Positions 40,921 through 53,996 of a stretch of DNA of 64,000 nucleotides are shown in pieces. Origin of the DNA: Antedon mediterranea (lineage: Eukaryota; Animalia; Echinodermata); contig NC_092679.1 in NCBI RefSeq assembly GCF_964355755.1, positions 23,605,432 to 23,669,431 of the forward strand, in the 5' to 3' direction. The translations under genes and the position numbers were made by a program. The notes under the pieces were generated by a model. The model saw only the letters and a program-made list of their open reading frames with translations. It was not told the origin of the DNA and did not search any database. Position 1 is the first letter of the stretch. Every line of letters starts with the position of its first letter.

Positions 40921-42367
40921 TTACCTCCGCCAAGGAGGTATATGTAATCGATCGCGTGTGTTTGTCTGTTTGTCTGTTTGTTACTTGGCAAAAAGAATTT
41001 TGCCAAGTATAGTATTTACTTTGTTTGTTTGTTTGTATGTTTGTATGTATGTTTGTTTGTTAGCACGATAGCGCCTACAGTTTTCAAGTTATCCTTCTGA
41101 ATTTGTGGGTTTAGATAGGTATATACTTTCAGACCATGCCTATGGAAAATCAACAACATTGATTTATTAATAACTTCACAAATAACAAAAATGATATTAT
41201 TTTCAGACCGGCTAGTTTTAAAAGATAGGAGACAATTTTCAAAAGCAGGTGAGCAGTCTTAAAGTAACACGTAAACTGAAATTACATTTTCTCGAGAACT
41301 ACTAGTCCAAAAAACCTCATTTTTGGACAAGAGGCAAGGATTATAATTTTTGATTTGTAATTTTAAAACAAAAATTGGTTGAATGTACCGGCTTTTTCAT
41401 TCGAGTAGTTTTAAAAAACCTATTTCTTTTCAAATTCACCCGTTTGGTTTTGGCGTTGCTGTTCTATTGTTATTCAAATTAAACTATTGTTAGTTGATAA
41501 TTAATTTTGTTAGTACCGGCGTATGTCCTTTCTTATTTCATTCTGTACATAGGTATATTACTTACAGAACATGTCTATTGATTTTCAGGAAAACTGATAT
41601 ATTGGTCATGTCTCAAAAGCTTATCTTCCGTACGATATATTAAATAGCACGCATTCTGTCTTTTTTTAACATGGACATATTCTTTGATATGGACCAAAAT
41701 ATTAGTCGACTGGTCACGCGGTTAAGCTTACTACATGGGTTAAGGCAGAGGCGCCGCAAATCGGCACAGCTTCAAGACACTCCTCGACCATTATTCTGGT
41801 CAATCTTGATTTTAGAAAGGTCATTGTTGCAATACCGGAGTTGTTTGTATCAAAAAATTATTTAAACAAATTATTAACCCCAGCAGGATTTTAACAATGT
41901 AAAGCTAATACCTAAAGCAAACAAATGTATCTTTCAACATGCTCCGAGTCAGTGGATATATTTTGCCAAGTACTTCACTCAGTTTCTGAGTGCTTTCATT
42001 TGTTTGTTAGCAGGATTACTCAAAAAGAGTTATAATTGCTGATTTGTAATTTTAAAACATAATTTATTTAATGTGCACGTTTTTTGATGGGAGTAGTTTA
42101 AAAAAACCTATTTCTTTTCAAATTCACTCGTTTGATTTTCGCGTTGCTGTTCTATTGTTAGTCAACTGAAGCTATTGTTGTTGAAAGGCTTGTTACATAA
42201 CCATTACACCACACTCGCATTCACATGCTTGTATTTAAATTAGCCTAAATCAGAAACAGCATTAAGACACACACAAATATATATATATTTCTTTTTAACC
42301 GGAGAAATCTTATGTAGGAGAATTTTACAGTAGGCGGAGGTATGTACTCTCGGAGTGTCTTTCTAGT
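40921..42367 (+). mobile_element. Helentron-associated (HINE/DINE-1-like) element with a second HINE nested at 40981-41998
   Basis: ttacctccgcc...ggcggaggta subTIRs, (GTTT/GTCT)n, 3' hairpin and ctagt. The nested element has acttggcaaaa/ttttgccaagt subTIRs. Confidence 0.75.
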
Positions 42368-43375
42368 TCATGATTTATCTAATAATATCTTACTTGAAAG
42401 AGTGTCTGTTCACAAAGACCTTGGTATTTTTTAGATAGTTCGTTAACCTTTTGTAAATATATTGATTTTATAGTCTCTAAATGCAATAGACTTCTTGGTT
42501 TTCTTTGGAGACATTGCAGACATATTAATGATAAAAAGGCATTAGTTATTTTATACAAATCTTTAGTTAGGTTGAATCTTGAATTCTGAAGTGTTATTTT
42601 CAACTCTATTTCTCTTGCCCAGTCTTGTAGACTACAAAGTGAACTCAATTATTCATGGTAATTTTGAAGTGTTCTTTCCTATTTCTGTTCCACAATATCA
42701 ATTGTAATCCATCCTTTATTTTCTATATCAAGAATGAGGGTAAATATTACTAAAAATGGTTTTGTTAATCGTTTGCCTCCTAAGTTATACCACTTACTAT
42801 GTAAAGTTGATGGATCTGTAGATATTTTTGTTTATTCACTTGCTTGTTTCCGTCACAAGGTCTTGTCTAATGTCCGTAATATCTAAATGTTGTCTTGTTC
42901 TCTGTTGATTTTGCTTGTATATTTTATATTATATATAATAATTTATAGCGCCCTTTAAGTTTACGTATTTTGGAAAGTCTCACGTATTTTGGATTAGTAT
43001 AGCGCCCTCAAGTTGATGTATTTTGGAAAAAATTCTGCGTATTTTGGACTGATGTTCACCAACTCGACTCTTCAAATGACGCTAGAACGCGTTGCTTCCG
43101 CCACCGCTGCAATGTACCTATACCAGGGCGCTATGCGGCGTGGGTAGACGTGTTTTAGACCCAAGCAATCATGGTAACGAAGAAAAAACTAGAAGAGATC
43201 AAGCAATCGCTTGACATCGCAGCTAAATGAACTCAAAGAAGGCCAAAAGAAACAGAAGGAGATTAGTGAATCTTTCATTAAACGGATTGGAGTATTGGAG
43301 GCCGACAATGGAAAAAAAAAGTAAGCAAAATTTAATTACTGGAAAATAGAGTGAACGAATTAGAACAATACCGTA

Positions 43376-45523
43376 CCAGTGGGACAGCCAGTCGACAAAT
43401 CGTGTCAAATTTCGACTCGGAGAGGGCGCCCTAATTTTCTAATTTAGTTCAAAATTGCTAAATTTTAGGGTGTTGGAAAAACACAATATTTGTAAATTTA
43501 GCTGATTATCGGAAAAATATTGTTAGTGAAATAAATTCATAAATGGTTTTAATATATTGTCATGTAAAATTAAATGTATTTGAACAAAACGATAATCTGT
43601 AATTTAACGGCAAAATCAACCAATGTCTTTTTTCCGAAATTGTACCCTAGAAAATCGTTAAAATAAAATATTTAGAAAAATTGAACAGTCCTGAATTTAA
43701 AATCCCTGTTAGAAAAATTAATAATCTACAGAATACGATATTAAGATACAAAATTCGGTGGTTGGGATGCAGCTCCGACTATTCAAACTAAAGGTACCAC
43801 TATTTGTTCCATCGAAAACTAGCGAAACCGCCATTTTGTAAACACATCGTCATCGTGTTTATGAATTTATTTATAGCGAACGATATACGCGATGTTTAAG
43901 AATTCATATAAATAAATACATTCCAATACAACGTATATTATTTACTTGTTTATTTATCACAGTATACATTTTAGTTGAGGAATATTTATCATAACTATTA
44001 TAATAGCTTTTATACGAGTCCGAGGCCTAGCCCTATTAGCGAGCGATTGTTCCAGGGGCGGAAAGTCACTTAGTGACGTTGTGATCGGGTGCGTCGGGCC
44101 TAGCTAATATTAATAATATGACCTGAAATAAGCGGCTAACAAGAACTGTTATATACTTGCTTACAATTGTTTTGTTATTGATGAACAAACAAGCAATTAG
44201 ATTGAATAACAAATTATTTATTCATTTTTTTTGGGTAAAAACATGTACAAACTAATACTGTATAATAATTAATATAAATTAATAGTATTATTATTAATAC
44301 AGTATTAATAAAATATAAAATAGGCCTAACATACAATAAATATTCAATTTTTAAGGTCTACCACATGACAATAACATAATTTACAGAGTATAGTGTAGTA
44401 GGTTTGCATTCAACATAAATATTTGTATTGTAATTCATCTAAATCCTCTGCAACATACATATTTGTAATTCAACATTTTGTTTTAAATAATTAAATTATA
44501 GTTTGGGTATATGACAATGTCGGTAGGTACCGGTGTCATCTTTTTATCCACTTCACTCTCAGTTTGAAGTCACAAAGACAAAGAACTCTGCATCATCAAC
44601 GCTTCCTGAAAGTGTCAGAAAAAATAATAAATATTATTTAAAAAAAATTTTAATGTCTGGTTGTATATATAATTATAATATTATATGACATAAAAGTAAG
44701 GCAAATGGAAGCTGTATTTTATTAATTAATATTACAGTATTTACTACTGTATTATTATTTATATAATCTAGGCCTACTAGTAGCCTAGCTAGGCATCTAT
44801 TGAGCCTAATAAATCAAATAATAAATGAAAAATAAAATTAATACTGATTGAAAAAAAGTATTTTTTGGGAGGGATCAGATCACCAGGCTAGGCCGGCCAG
44901 GACCAATGATACTCGTAACCAGTACAACTTAACGACTATCGGATCAGCATCAACACAGTGTACAACACACGTCTCGCTATCGCCTATACTGACACACGTG
45001 TCTCGCGTTGCCGAAACCACGCTCACAGCTAGAAAATGTACCTACCTTTCGAGGCCTGAGAATACACCAACACATTTTGAACAGGATAGAAATATATCAT
45101 ACTCGATTAAACTAATATTATTCTTGATAAAACAATTGATTATAATTTTTTTAATTTGTTGGGATGCACCTCCGACTATTCAGAAAATGGACAACAAAAC
45201 AGTAGTCAAATCGTACCACATTTATAAATTTCACGAGTCCCGACTTCAGTCGCCGAATGTATTGTATTAGCTTCGGTTTCTTTGAAGGAAACCGATTGGT
45301 TATTCAATTATACTTATTAGGAAATGCTTTTACCATAATAGGTAATGTTGGGCGGTTCTTAAATATTCATGAGAGCTTAAAATAAAACAGCACTTATTTG
45401 CTAGGCGACGAAAAATCGTGGTTTCAGTTTTCAACGATAGGTGGCGCTTCAAAATCGTCAATGCGGAAGTAAGTCGATTTTACACGATTTAACGGTCAAA
45501 ACGCGAAGTGGCTTTCCCACTGG
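43376..45523. mobile_element. Non-autonomous DNA transposon, TA target
   Basis: TIRs CCAGTGGGA(C/A)AGCCA flanked by TA; interrupts LINE ORF1 at a Tyr codon. Confidence 0.8.
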
Positions 45524-47791
45524 TACAGCAGATACAACAATGTTCTAATTACGGAACTACAATATGTGCATTCCTCATACGCATCAGCTGCATCGGCTGA
45601 CCTTGGTGTTTCGTCGGTGGAGTAGACCGCAGATAAAGAACGTGGGTCTATCGAAGAAGCTGTGTTAAAGTTATTTAAAGAGAAAATGAATGTTGACGTT
45701 AACACTTGTGATTTGGAAGCTGTACATATTTTACCAACTAAAAGTAATTCGCAATTAACTAGGCCTTTAGATTTTGTTCGCGAAGAAAGAAACAGAAAGT
45801 GATGAAACCTAAGGTAAAGGTCAAAGCAGAGAATATTTACATAATGATCATTTTGACTAGAGCAAATGCGGAGTTATACAAGCGTACCAGAGATTTAAAA
45901 AAACAAAAGAAACTAGAAGCCACATGGACCAGAAATGGTAAACTTTTTATTAAACGTATTGATAAAAAATGTGTGCATATTAAGAATACATTTGACATTA
46001 ATGACCGTGCATAATTCTTTGCTAAAAAATAACCAATATTCAGTTCGTTATAAATTTGTGGTGTTATCATTAGCAAGTATGTTATTGTTAATGGTTGAAA
46101 CTATTACACAAGTACCAAATATGTTAACAAAGAAAGAACTAGAAGAGAACAAGCAGTCGCTGAACCTCATGACATCTCAGTTGGAAGAACTCAAGGAAGG
46201 CAAAAAGAAACAGAAAGACATTAATCATTTTGCAATTAAGACAGCCAACATAAACCTTCCTCATGGAAGAACCTTTAATTGACCTTAATGTAGGCTCCCT
46301 TTCATCATCTGTGTTTAATCCTAGCAATCTTGACGGAGATAGAGATCCTGATAATAATATTCTTAATACTATGAGTGCAATTACTACACAAATGAACCAT
46401 TCAGTAGAGAATGTGATATTAAAAATAAGTTTACTATTATTCATTTTAATAGTCGTAGTATGGGTGCAAATTTTGAGAAAAATAAAAAATTATTTATCAG
46501 AGTTGGGATCATCACCTGACGTAATTGCAATTAAAGAAACATGGATACGACCTGATAATTCGGTTACTTTTTACATTAATGGCTATGTATTTAATAGTAT
46601 TTCAAGACAAGAAAAGTATGGAGTGGGTGTTGCTCTTTTTATAAGAGAAAGTCTTAACCATAATGTCCGTGATACCCGACTGCTGTGAATATATTTCTGT
46701 TATTGTCTATATTAATAATTCTAATTCAATTTACATATCATGTATATATCGTGCACCTGGTACAGATATAAAAATATTTACTGACACATTTTCAGATCTG
46801 GTCAAGTCAATAACTGATAAGCGGTTATTTATATGTGGTGACTGGAATATAGACTTACTTAAACATGAGAGTAATTGGAACACTAAATGTTTTATTGATA
46901 ATAGTTTTAGTTTAGGAATTTTTCTTCTAATTATTAAACCAACAAGAATAAGAGAAACAACAGCAACCCTAATAGATAATTGTTTCACTTGTGATGTTCA
47001 TTCTGTCATAAATAGTGGTATCTTGATTAACCATATCACAGATCATTTACCAATTTTTACAACAATTAATTATAATGTTACGCCAAGTACTACACATAAA
47101 AATATTACTAAAAGATATTTTATTGAGGTTAAAGTGAATGCTTTAAAAAATGACTTGCGTTACACTGATTGGAACAGTGTATTTATTGAAGAAGATCCAA
47201 ATAATGCTTACGATGTTTTTCATGTAACATTTTATACACCTATTCAATAAATATTTCCCTCCCCAAAAGATTAAATTGACGCAGAAAAGTAATTCAAAAC
47301 CCTGGCTCACATCTGGCCTAATTAATGCATGTAAAAAGAAGAATAATCTATACAAACTTTTTTTTAAAAGATCGAACATCATCTTCAAATAGGTATAAGC
47401 GATACAAAAATAAGCTAACAAATATTATGAGAAATGCTGAGAAACAATATGATAATAACTTATTATTGTTAAAACAAAATGATATTAGGGGTACTTGGAG
47501 TATCATCGATGGTCTGATTAAAACAAGAAATTATTGAAATCTGTCAAAAGATTTTATCGATAATCCTGTTGATACTGTAAATGGTTTCAATAATGTTTTT
47601 GCTAAAGTAGCCAAAAATATAACAAGTCAATTTCCAAGTCGTGATAGTCCCAATGATTATAATAAAAAACGTATTCTAAATTCTATTTTTTAGAGGCCGG
47701 CACTTCCAAAGAAGAATTAATGACAGAAGTGAACTTATTTAAGTCTAAAAATTCCAGCGGACATGATTATGTACCTATGTCAATAGTTAAA

Positions 47792-49216
47792 GCCCCCTTC
47801 CCTACGTTTTTTTAGATCTAATTTAAGATCACAAACTATATTTAATGTAAAAATAATACTATATGGTCCTATTGCGATAACTTTTTTTCGTCTTTAAACG
47901 GTTAAAAATGTGAAAAATAAGTCGATTCTAATAATTATAGCGGCCCGCTATAAATCCCAAAATGCATTGCGCGCGGATTGATATTGTTGTTTTTAGTCGC
48001 GTGGAAGCGACTCTATAGTTCACTATGTCGGTCGGTCGGTCTGTCTGTCTGTCGGTCGGTCTGTCTGTCGGTCTGTCTGTCGGTCTGTCTGTCTGTCTGT
48101 CGGTCCGGTATCACTATGCGTTTTATCGCTTTATGACCTTATCTTGATATCAGTTTAATCTAGCTAAGTCAATTTTTCACAGAATATTCCTTATGGCCAA
48201 GAATCGATGTGGTTATGTTTTCACGGTGCGCAATAAAAAATTACGCGGTCTACGCACGATTTAACGAAATCACGTTTGTAATCATATCTTAACAACCATG
48301 AATCACAATTAAATAAAATTTTGTACTAATAAATTTCAGGGCATAAATCATCATATGGCAATACAATTACGTGCATAGCGCATGTAACGCATGCGTAAGC
48401 GCGCTTAAAATTTTCAAAATTTATTTTCGATGAAATAAGAGTACGTTTCAGGCAATTTTAAGCGTTTACAAAATTGCCATGAGTGCGCAGATTTTTGCGC
48501 GCGCACTGCGCGTTAAATGTTATTGCGCACTCTTCTTGCCCGATTTCTGTTTTCTTGACTTACTTTTCAACTCGAAATTACGTTAGCCTATACGAGCACG
48601 TCAAAAGTGACAGGCTACGCACGTGTAAATTAATAAAATATAAATGTTTTTAAACATTTCAACATTTTTAAACATGTTCAGTAATTTCGGTCAGTATAGT
48701 TCACTATGTCGGTCGGTCCGTCTGTCTGTCGGTCTGTCTGTCTGTCTGTCGGTCTGTTTTTTTGTCGGTCCGGTATCACTATGCATTGTAGCACGCGACT
48801 TAATGGCTGTTGGCCTTGTTCACCTGTAATTCGCCCACTTTTCGATCGATCGTGAGGCCAAAACAAATGGAAGACTCCTAACTCTTCAGCGAAAATACCG
48901 GGTTTTCCCCAATTTGTATCAACGGAGTCTGGCAAAAATAGAAAGACAATTAATGCAGCAACTATACAACGTCAGGCTAGGTATATAGCTAGCGTACGAT
49001 GTTCGTACGTTACCGATGTTTACCAGCTAGGCCTAAGACCGTCCACGAGAGGTCGATCGCCGCGAGCTACTTAGGTAGTGCATTGTTTCTCACTTTTTAT
49101 CATAATTTACCATAAAACGTACATTTAAGACAAGGAATGACATGGTTTAATGTTTTTAAAGTGATATATATGTATTATTTTCCAAAAAACGTCCAAATTT
49201 GCAGGGAAGGGGTCTT
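47792..49216. mobile_element. Kolobok-type MITE
   Basis: ttaa|AGCCCCCTTCCCT...AGGGAAGGGGTCT|ttaa; the LINE RT sequence resumes on both sides. Confidence 0.82.
47991..48820 (+). mobile_element. DINE-1/HINE-like element nested in the Kolobok MITE
   Basis: tttt-agtcgcgtg...cacgcgact subTIRs, (GTCT/GTCG)n and a 3' hairpin followed by ttgtt. Confidence 0.75.
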
Positions 49217-50370
49217 TAAACACATTATATATGAAATCATTGAGACATTGACACATATTTTTAATCGTTCGCTTTAGACTGGTATTTTCCCAGATACCCC
49301 TAAGATTGCAAAAATTGTTCCTATCTACAAAGCTGGGGATAAAAGTAATTTCTCAAATTATCGACCGATCTCCTTGTTGCCCCAATTTTCTAAAATTTTA
49401 GAAAAATTATTTAACACCCGTCTGTTGAAATTTATAGACAAATTTGATATTTTATATTCAGGACAATATGTCCATTAGCCATGCATTGCTTCACTTTTCA
49501 CAGTTCTAAGGTAAATAAATTGACGTTGAATCATATTAAAACAAAGTATATTATTTTTAGCCGCAAAAACAATTATGAACCAACAAATTTAGTTATTAAC
49601 TAAATAAAATAAAGTTTTTAGGAGTTATTATTGATGGAAAATTAAATTGGAAGTATCATATTGACTATATTCATTCCAACATTTCTAAAAGTATTGGAAT
49701 TATCTATAAAGTAAAACATTTACTAAATACATCAGCTTTATTTAAATTAAATATAATTCATTAGTTTTGCCTTATTTTACATATTGTTGTGATGCCTGGG
49801 GTAATACCTTTAAAACTAATTTAAATTGTTTATACATATTACAAAAAAGGCACTCAGACTTGTTATGGAAGTCCAAGTAAACCAATTTTTTATTATTTTT
49901 ATACTCTTGACCTTTATAATTAAATAAAACTATATACAGTTTCTCTAATGCATAAAGCTTGCCATAACTTACTCCCAGCGATTGTTCAAAAGAATTTCAT
50001 TTTATGCTCAGTTGTCCACGATAAATATACTCGTTAAAAACACCAATTCTACCAACAAAACAAAACACTAAAAAATCATTAGGTTTAGTTAGTAAAAGGG
50101 TTAAACTTGAGCGTGAACTACCTGAGACTCTTAATAAGTTACATAAGAATCCTATCCTTTTAAAATAAAATACAAAAATAAATTACTTTTGCAATACTCT
50201 AATTAAAACAGGTATTTTTTACAATTACATTTTACTCTCTGAGAAAACTATCTTTTTTTTTTGTTAAGATAACAAAAAAAGATTGTTTGCATTTTCTTAA
50301 AAGTTACATTTCTTTTTGTAATGAATATTTATGCATGTTTATGTTTTTTGTGGTAAATGGGAAAAAACAC

Positions 50371-50624
50371 ATTTGGTTTATGGCCACATTCCTTTAAAAA
50401 AAGATACAAAAACTAAAAATTACAAATTACAAAAAGCGGTAGAACCAGGATCGTCCCGGCCCGACAAGGGGATGTGCATGAAAAAGCGATCACCATTTGG
50501 CTGATTGCATGTCAAGTGGCCCAGGGACAAATGAGCCGTTTTAATAATTTAAAAAGGGTTACTTAATATACTCACTGTATTTTCATTGGGTGACAATGTA
50601 ACTATTTGGTTTATGTACTAAAAC
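50371..50624 (-). pseudogene. Two decayed LRR cassette exons (50371-50391 truncated; 50576-50624 with a deletion and lost AG)
   Basis: They retain the flanking intron modules, the atactcac donor or ctttaaa acceptor, and part of the caatgtaactatttggtt core. Confidence 0.65.
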
Positions 50625-50831
50625 CGTTAAAAAATAATGCAAACGTACAGTAGCAATTAGCAGTGTTACCAGGATCGTTCCGACAAGGGGGATATGCAAC
50701 AAGCGAAGCAAGCATCATCACTTGGTTGGTGCTAGGGCCACAGTTGGGGGTCCAGGGGAAGAGTGACGTTCAGGGTATTTAATTTGAGGCAATTTTAATG
50801 AATAAAATAAGTTAACTTAATATATACTCAC

Positions 50832-50903
50832 AGTTCTTCCAATGCTGTCAAATCAGCAAATGCATTGGCTGGCAATGTAACTATTTGGTTACCGCTCAAA
50901 CGC
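50832..50903 (-). CDS. LRR cassette exon of gene B: (L)RLSGNQIVTLPANAFADLTALEE(L)
   Basis: ctttaaag|G...CT|gtgagt; 72 nt, phase 2/2. Confidence 0.87.
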
Positions 50904-52436
50904 CTTTAAAGAAAGAATACAAACGTAGAATACAATTGTACAAATTACTACAACAAATTACTTATTTCATTATATTATTTCCGCTGAACGACACGAAATC
51001 ACAAAAAAACAGTTTTATTTTATGGTGTTTTTTAATGTGTTTGTTATTATTGACCGTTTTTTTATGATGTTTTATGACGTTATTGCTATGCCTAATTAAT
51101 TTCCTACAATGTCATGTTATTTTTATTTTTTTAGTGTTGAAACATTGTCGTCATTGACGTTTTAAAGTAAGATGATCCCCAAATCGTACTATTGTTGTGA
51201 CGTTTATACGTGATGGCTAAGCATAAAACTATATTAAAGTAGACATGTTCGTAACATTTACTTATCCTGAAATCAAAAACGTCTATAACCTTTGACCTGG
51301 TACATCATGCTATATCAGAGCTATCAGACTTTATAATGACCTAATGTTAAAGGATAGGAGACAATTGGTGGTCTGGGACTGTGTCTCAAGTAAACTGGAA
51401 CTAAATTTCCAAAAACTTTATTTGTGTACGAAGGGGAAAGTTATAATTTGTAATCTGAAAACATAATATGACTTAATAGACCAGTAGCCCAGAGGGGTCA
51501 ACCTAGCTGGAAAGTTAACCAATATTTCTATGCATGTGGCAATTATCTACTATCTATCAATGTATGCAAATGACAGTCTGGCGCAAAGTTTACATTGTAA
51601 AGGGTAAAAAATGATCAAGATCAGCTGAAAAGTTAACCCCATGAAATCTTTTGCAAATTGTTTGCCATAGAGCAAAGTGTAATGAGTGACTATTTCCAGA
51701 CAATTTTAGTGGTTGGGGTGCCTGTCAGACCTCCATTTCAGGATGGCCAACATTGAGCTAGATCAGCTTAAAAGTTAACCCTCTAAAACTGGTGGGAAAA
51801 ATGTTCAATAAACTCATAACTATCATGAATGACCATTGCCAGACATTTTAAGTGGTAGATTGTGCCCGCCAGACTAGAACTAGAATCGTGTGAACGCAAG
51901 TAGTAATTCTTTGATCATGGCCATTAATCGCCACGTTCTTAATGTGTCAAGAATGCACATACAATGGAATGCCTTGTTGCATTGACTTTATATATTTATA
52001 TGTTTTTGTTCTATGAGCTCTTAGATTAAGATTTTTTTTTTCTCTTTTGCTATGAATATAATTATTATGTCACCATGATATTCCGAAAAAAAAGTTAATG
52101 AAAGATGAATGAATGAATGATACAGATCTTTAATTATATTTCTAATTGATAGTCACTTCGTTACTAAATAGTATACATAATTAGAGTTTAAAATTGTGTT
52201 TCTATGAACAGCATTTATCGATGTGCAAATTAAGTCAGAAGTCATAATGCAGGTTTTGTAGTAATTTTCACTCAAAATGTCTCGTGATTTCCAAAATTGA
52301 AGACATTGTGTGTTATCCATACCACTAAGTGCTTGGTGTTTGTAAGTCTTTCTGCTTTAGGTTAATGATATAGATGTAGGGTAAGCTGGTGTGAACCATC
52401 TCTTCATTCCAGTTGAGAATCATTGCTTCGGTCTTA

Positions 52437-53155
52437 AGCTCTGTCTACATTACTTATTATTTATTTAATTTCAATCTTTCTACATAACAAAAAAAGACAT
52501 ATAAGTATAACAGCAGAGTAGCGGAAAAGCAAAAGTAATAAAACTGTCATCTTGTGATGTGCTTGACCAGCCCCTGTCAACTAGGATGATACAATAAAGC
52601 CGAGATTTAACAAATTTAGAAACGTACATAGACAAATATGCTATAATAAAATGTTAATAAAAGTGTTCTAAAAATACAATTGCTGATAAGATTGTATAAA
52701 AGTTAAAAAGTTAAAAATTCTGATTGTATAAAAGTTAAAAAGTTAAAAATTCAGAGTAGGTACAATCTAAAAAAAAATCATGTACATTTTCAAAACTTTT
52801 GGTTTATAAAAATATGAAAAGTTAGAAATCTATAAAATGTTGCTTTAAACTGTGTTTAAACTTAAAAAACGACTCTTCAATAAGATTATTTCTGATCGTA
52901 GCACCAAGTTCTGAAAACATTTTAGGAAACCGTACTATCCCTGAGTATTTAAAAGCATCAGTACGAGCTCTACCATGATGAAAGGTGAGTATATCTAGGT
53001 GTCGGTTATTAACTATCAAACTTTATGTGACAAAAAAATGTGATGTGCCCATATATGGAAATGATGTCATATCACTACCATATTTGGGAATATCACTATT
53101 ATATTTGGGCACATTACACTTTTTGTCAAACTAGTTTGATTGTGTAGACAGAGCT
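52437..53155. mobile_element. Harbinger-type MITE (TTA TSD) interrupted by a minus-strand LINE 3' fragment (about 52452-53010)
   Basis: tta|AGCTCTGTCTACA...TGTAGACAGAGCT|tta; the ARTDAFKYS ORF fragment and ttattt tail belong to the LINE. Confidence 0.75.
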
Positions 53156-53661
53156 TTAGTAAGGTACATATTGATGTCTATAATGTGTAGCTCATCAGAT
53201 GACTGAGCTGGACTGAGCTGAACTGAGCTGAACTGAACTGCTGGGCATAGCCTATCTCACATTAAGTGCATAATCCACTTTTGTGTTCTATTAGTATTAA
53301 TTAGTGGCTTTATTTGAAATTTTATACAGTACTTGTAGCTCCTGAACGTCTGCGATATTATATGATTATTTTCTGTCAGTGTCGTAAAGGAACAGGTAGA
53401 GAGTATATTGGCTGCAAGAATTTGTGTATTGTGAGTATGGTAGAGTTGTTTGAAGAACGCAGGAAAGCCTATTGTTGTGATGATTTTTATGATTTTGGGT
53501 TGCGGGTGATAACAAAGTATTTTGGCTACAGCTGGTTTGGGAGAAACGGCATAGAAATATCGAAGTCGAAGGATAACATTCATTGCAACCGTTACAAGGG
53601 TAGGCCTATATTCGATGGAGATTCATCTATAGATAATAAAGTTAACGGTCAATAACCTTAA

Positions 53662-53996
53662 AGGCCGGGCACACTGTCTGGCACGAAGAACAGTTTGCTC
53701 ACTAAAAATTTTTCGTAAATTATGATTGTATTCAATCAGAGTGCTTTCAAACAAAATTATACGCCACACACTGACTAATAAATTAGATTGTACATGCGCA
53801 GTGGAATTTTCTTGTCAGCAGTTAGCTCACGTTCGCCGCACAGTGTGAGGAAAAAGAAATGCGTGAAAAATATTAAACATGATAGATATTTTCCTCAACG
53901 GCATCCATGGCCAATCACGAATTTCCCGCCGCACAGTACACTGTGAGCAAAGTTTTATTCGTGCCAGTTGGCTCAGCCGATAGTGTACGCCGAGCT
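53662..53996. mobile_element. Harbinger-type MITE
   Basis: Imperfect TIRs ggccgggcacactgtctggc / gccgatagtgtacgccgagc with TWA-like flanks. Confidence 0.5.

Larger units (their letters stand above)
35740..42890 (+). mobile_element. Old CR1-type LINE remnant (35740-36080 and 42368-42890) split by nested insertions
   Basis: YTDMAKAFDRVSH and SGVPQGSMLGP motifs; the C-terminal LYKSLVR-type sequence resumes after 42368. Confidence 0.65.
43050..50340 (+). mobile_element. Degenerate full-length CR1/L2-group LINE (coiled-coil ORF1 plus APE-RT ORF2) hosting nested DNA elements
   Basis: ORF1 LENRVNELEQY|SRYNNVLIT and WTRNGKLFIK; ORF2 ETW, IYRAP, CGDWNIDLL, TDHLPIF and YRPISLLP; many stops and an internal deletion. 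Confidence 0.85.
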
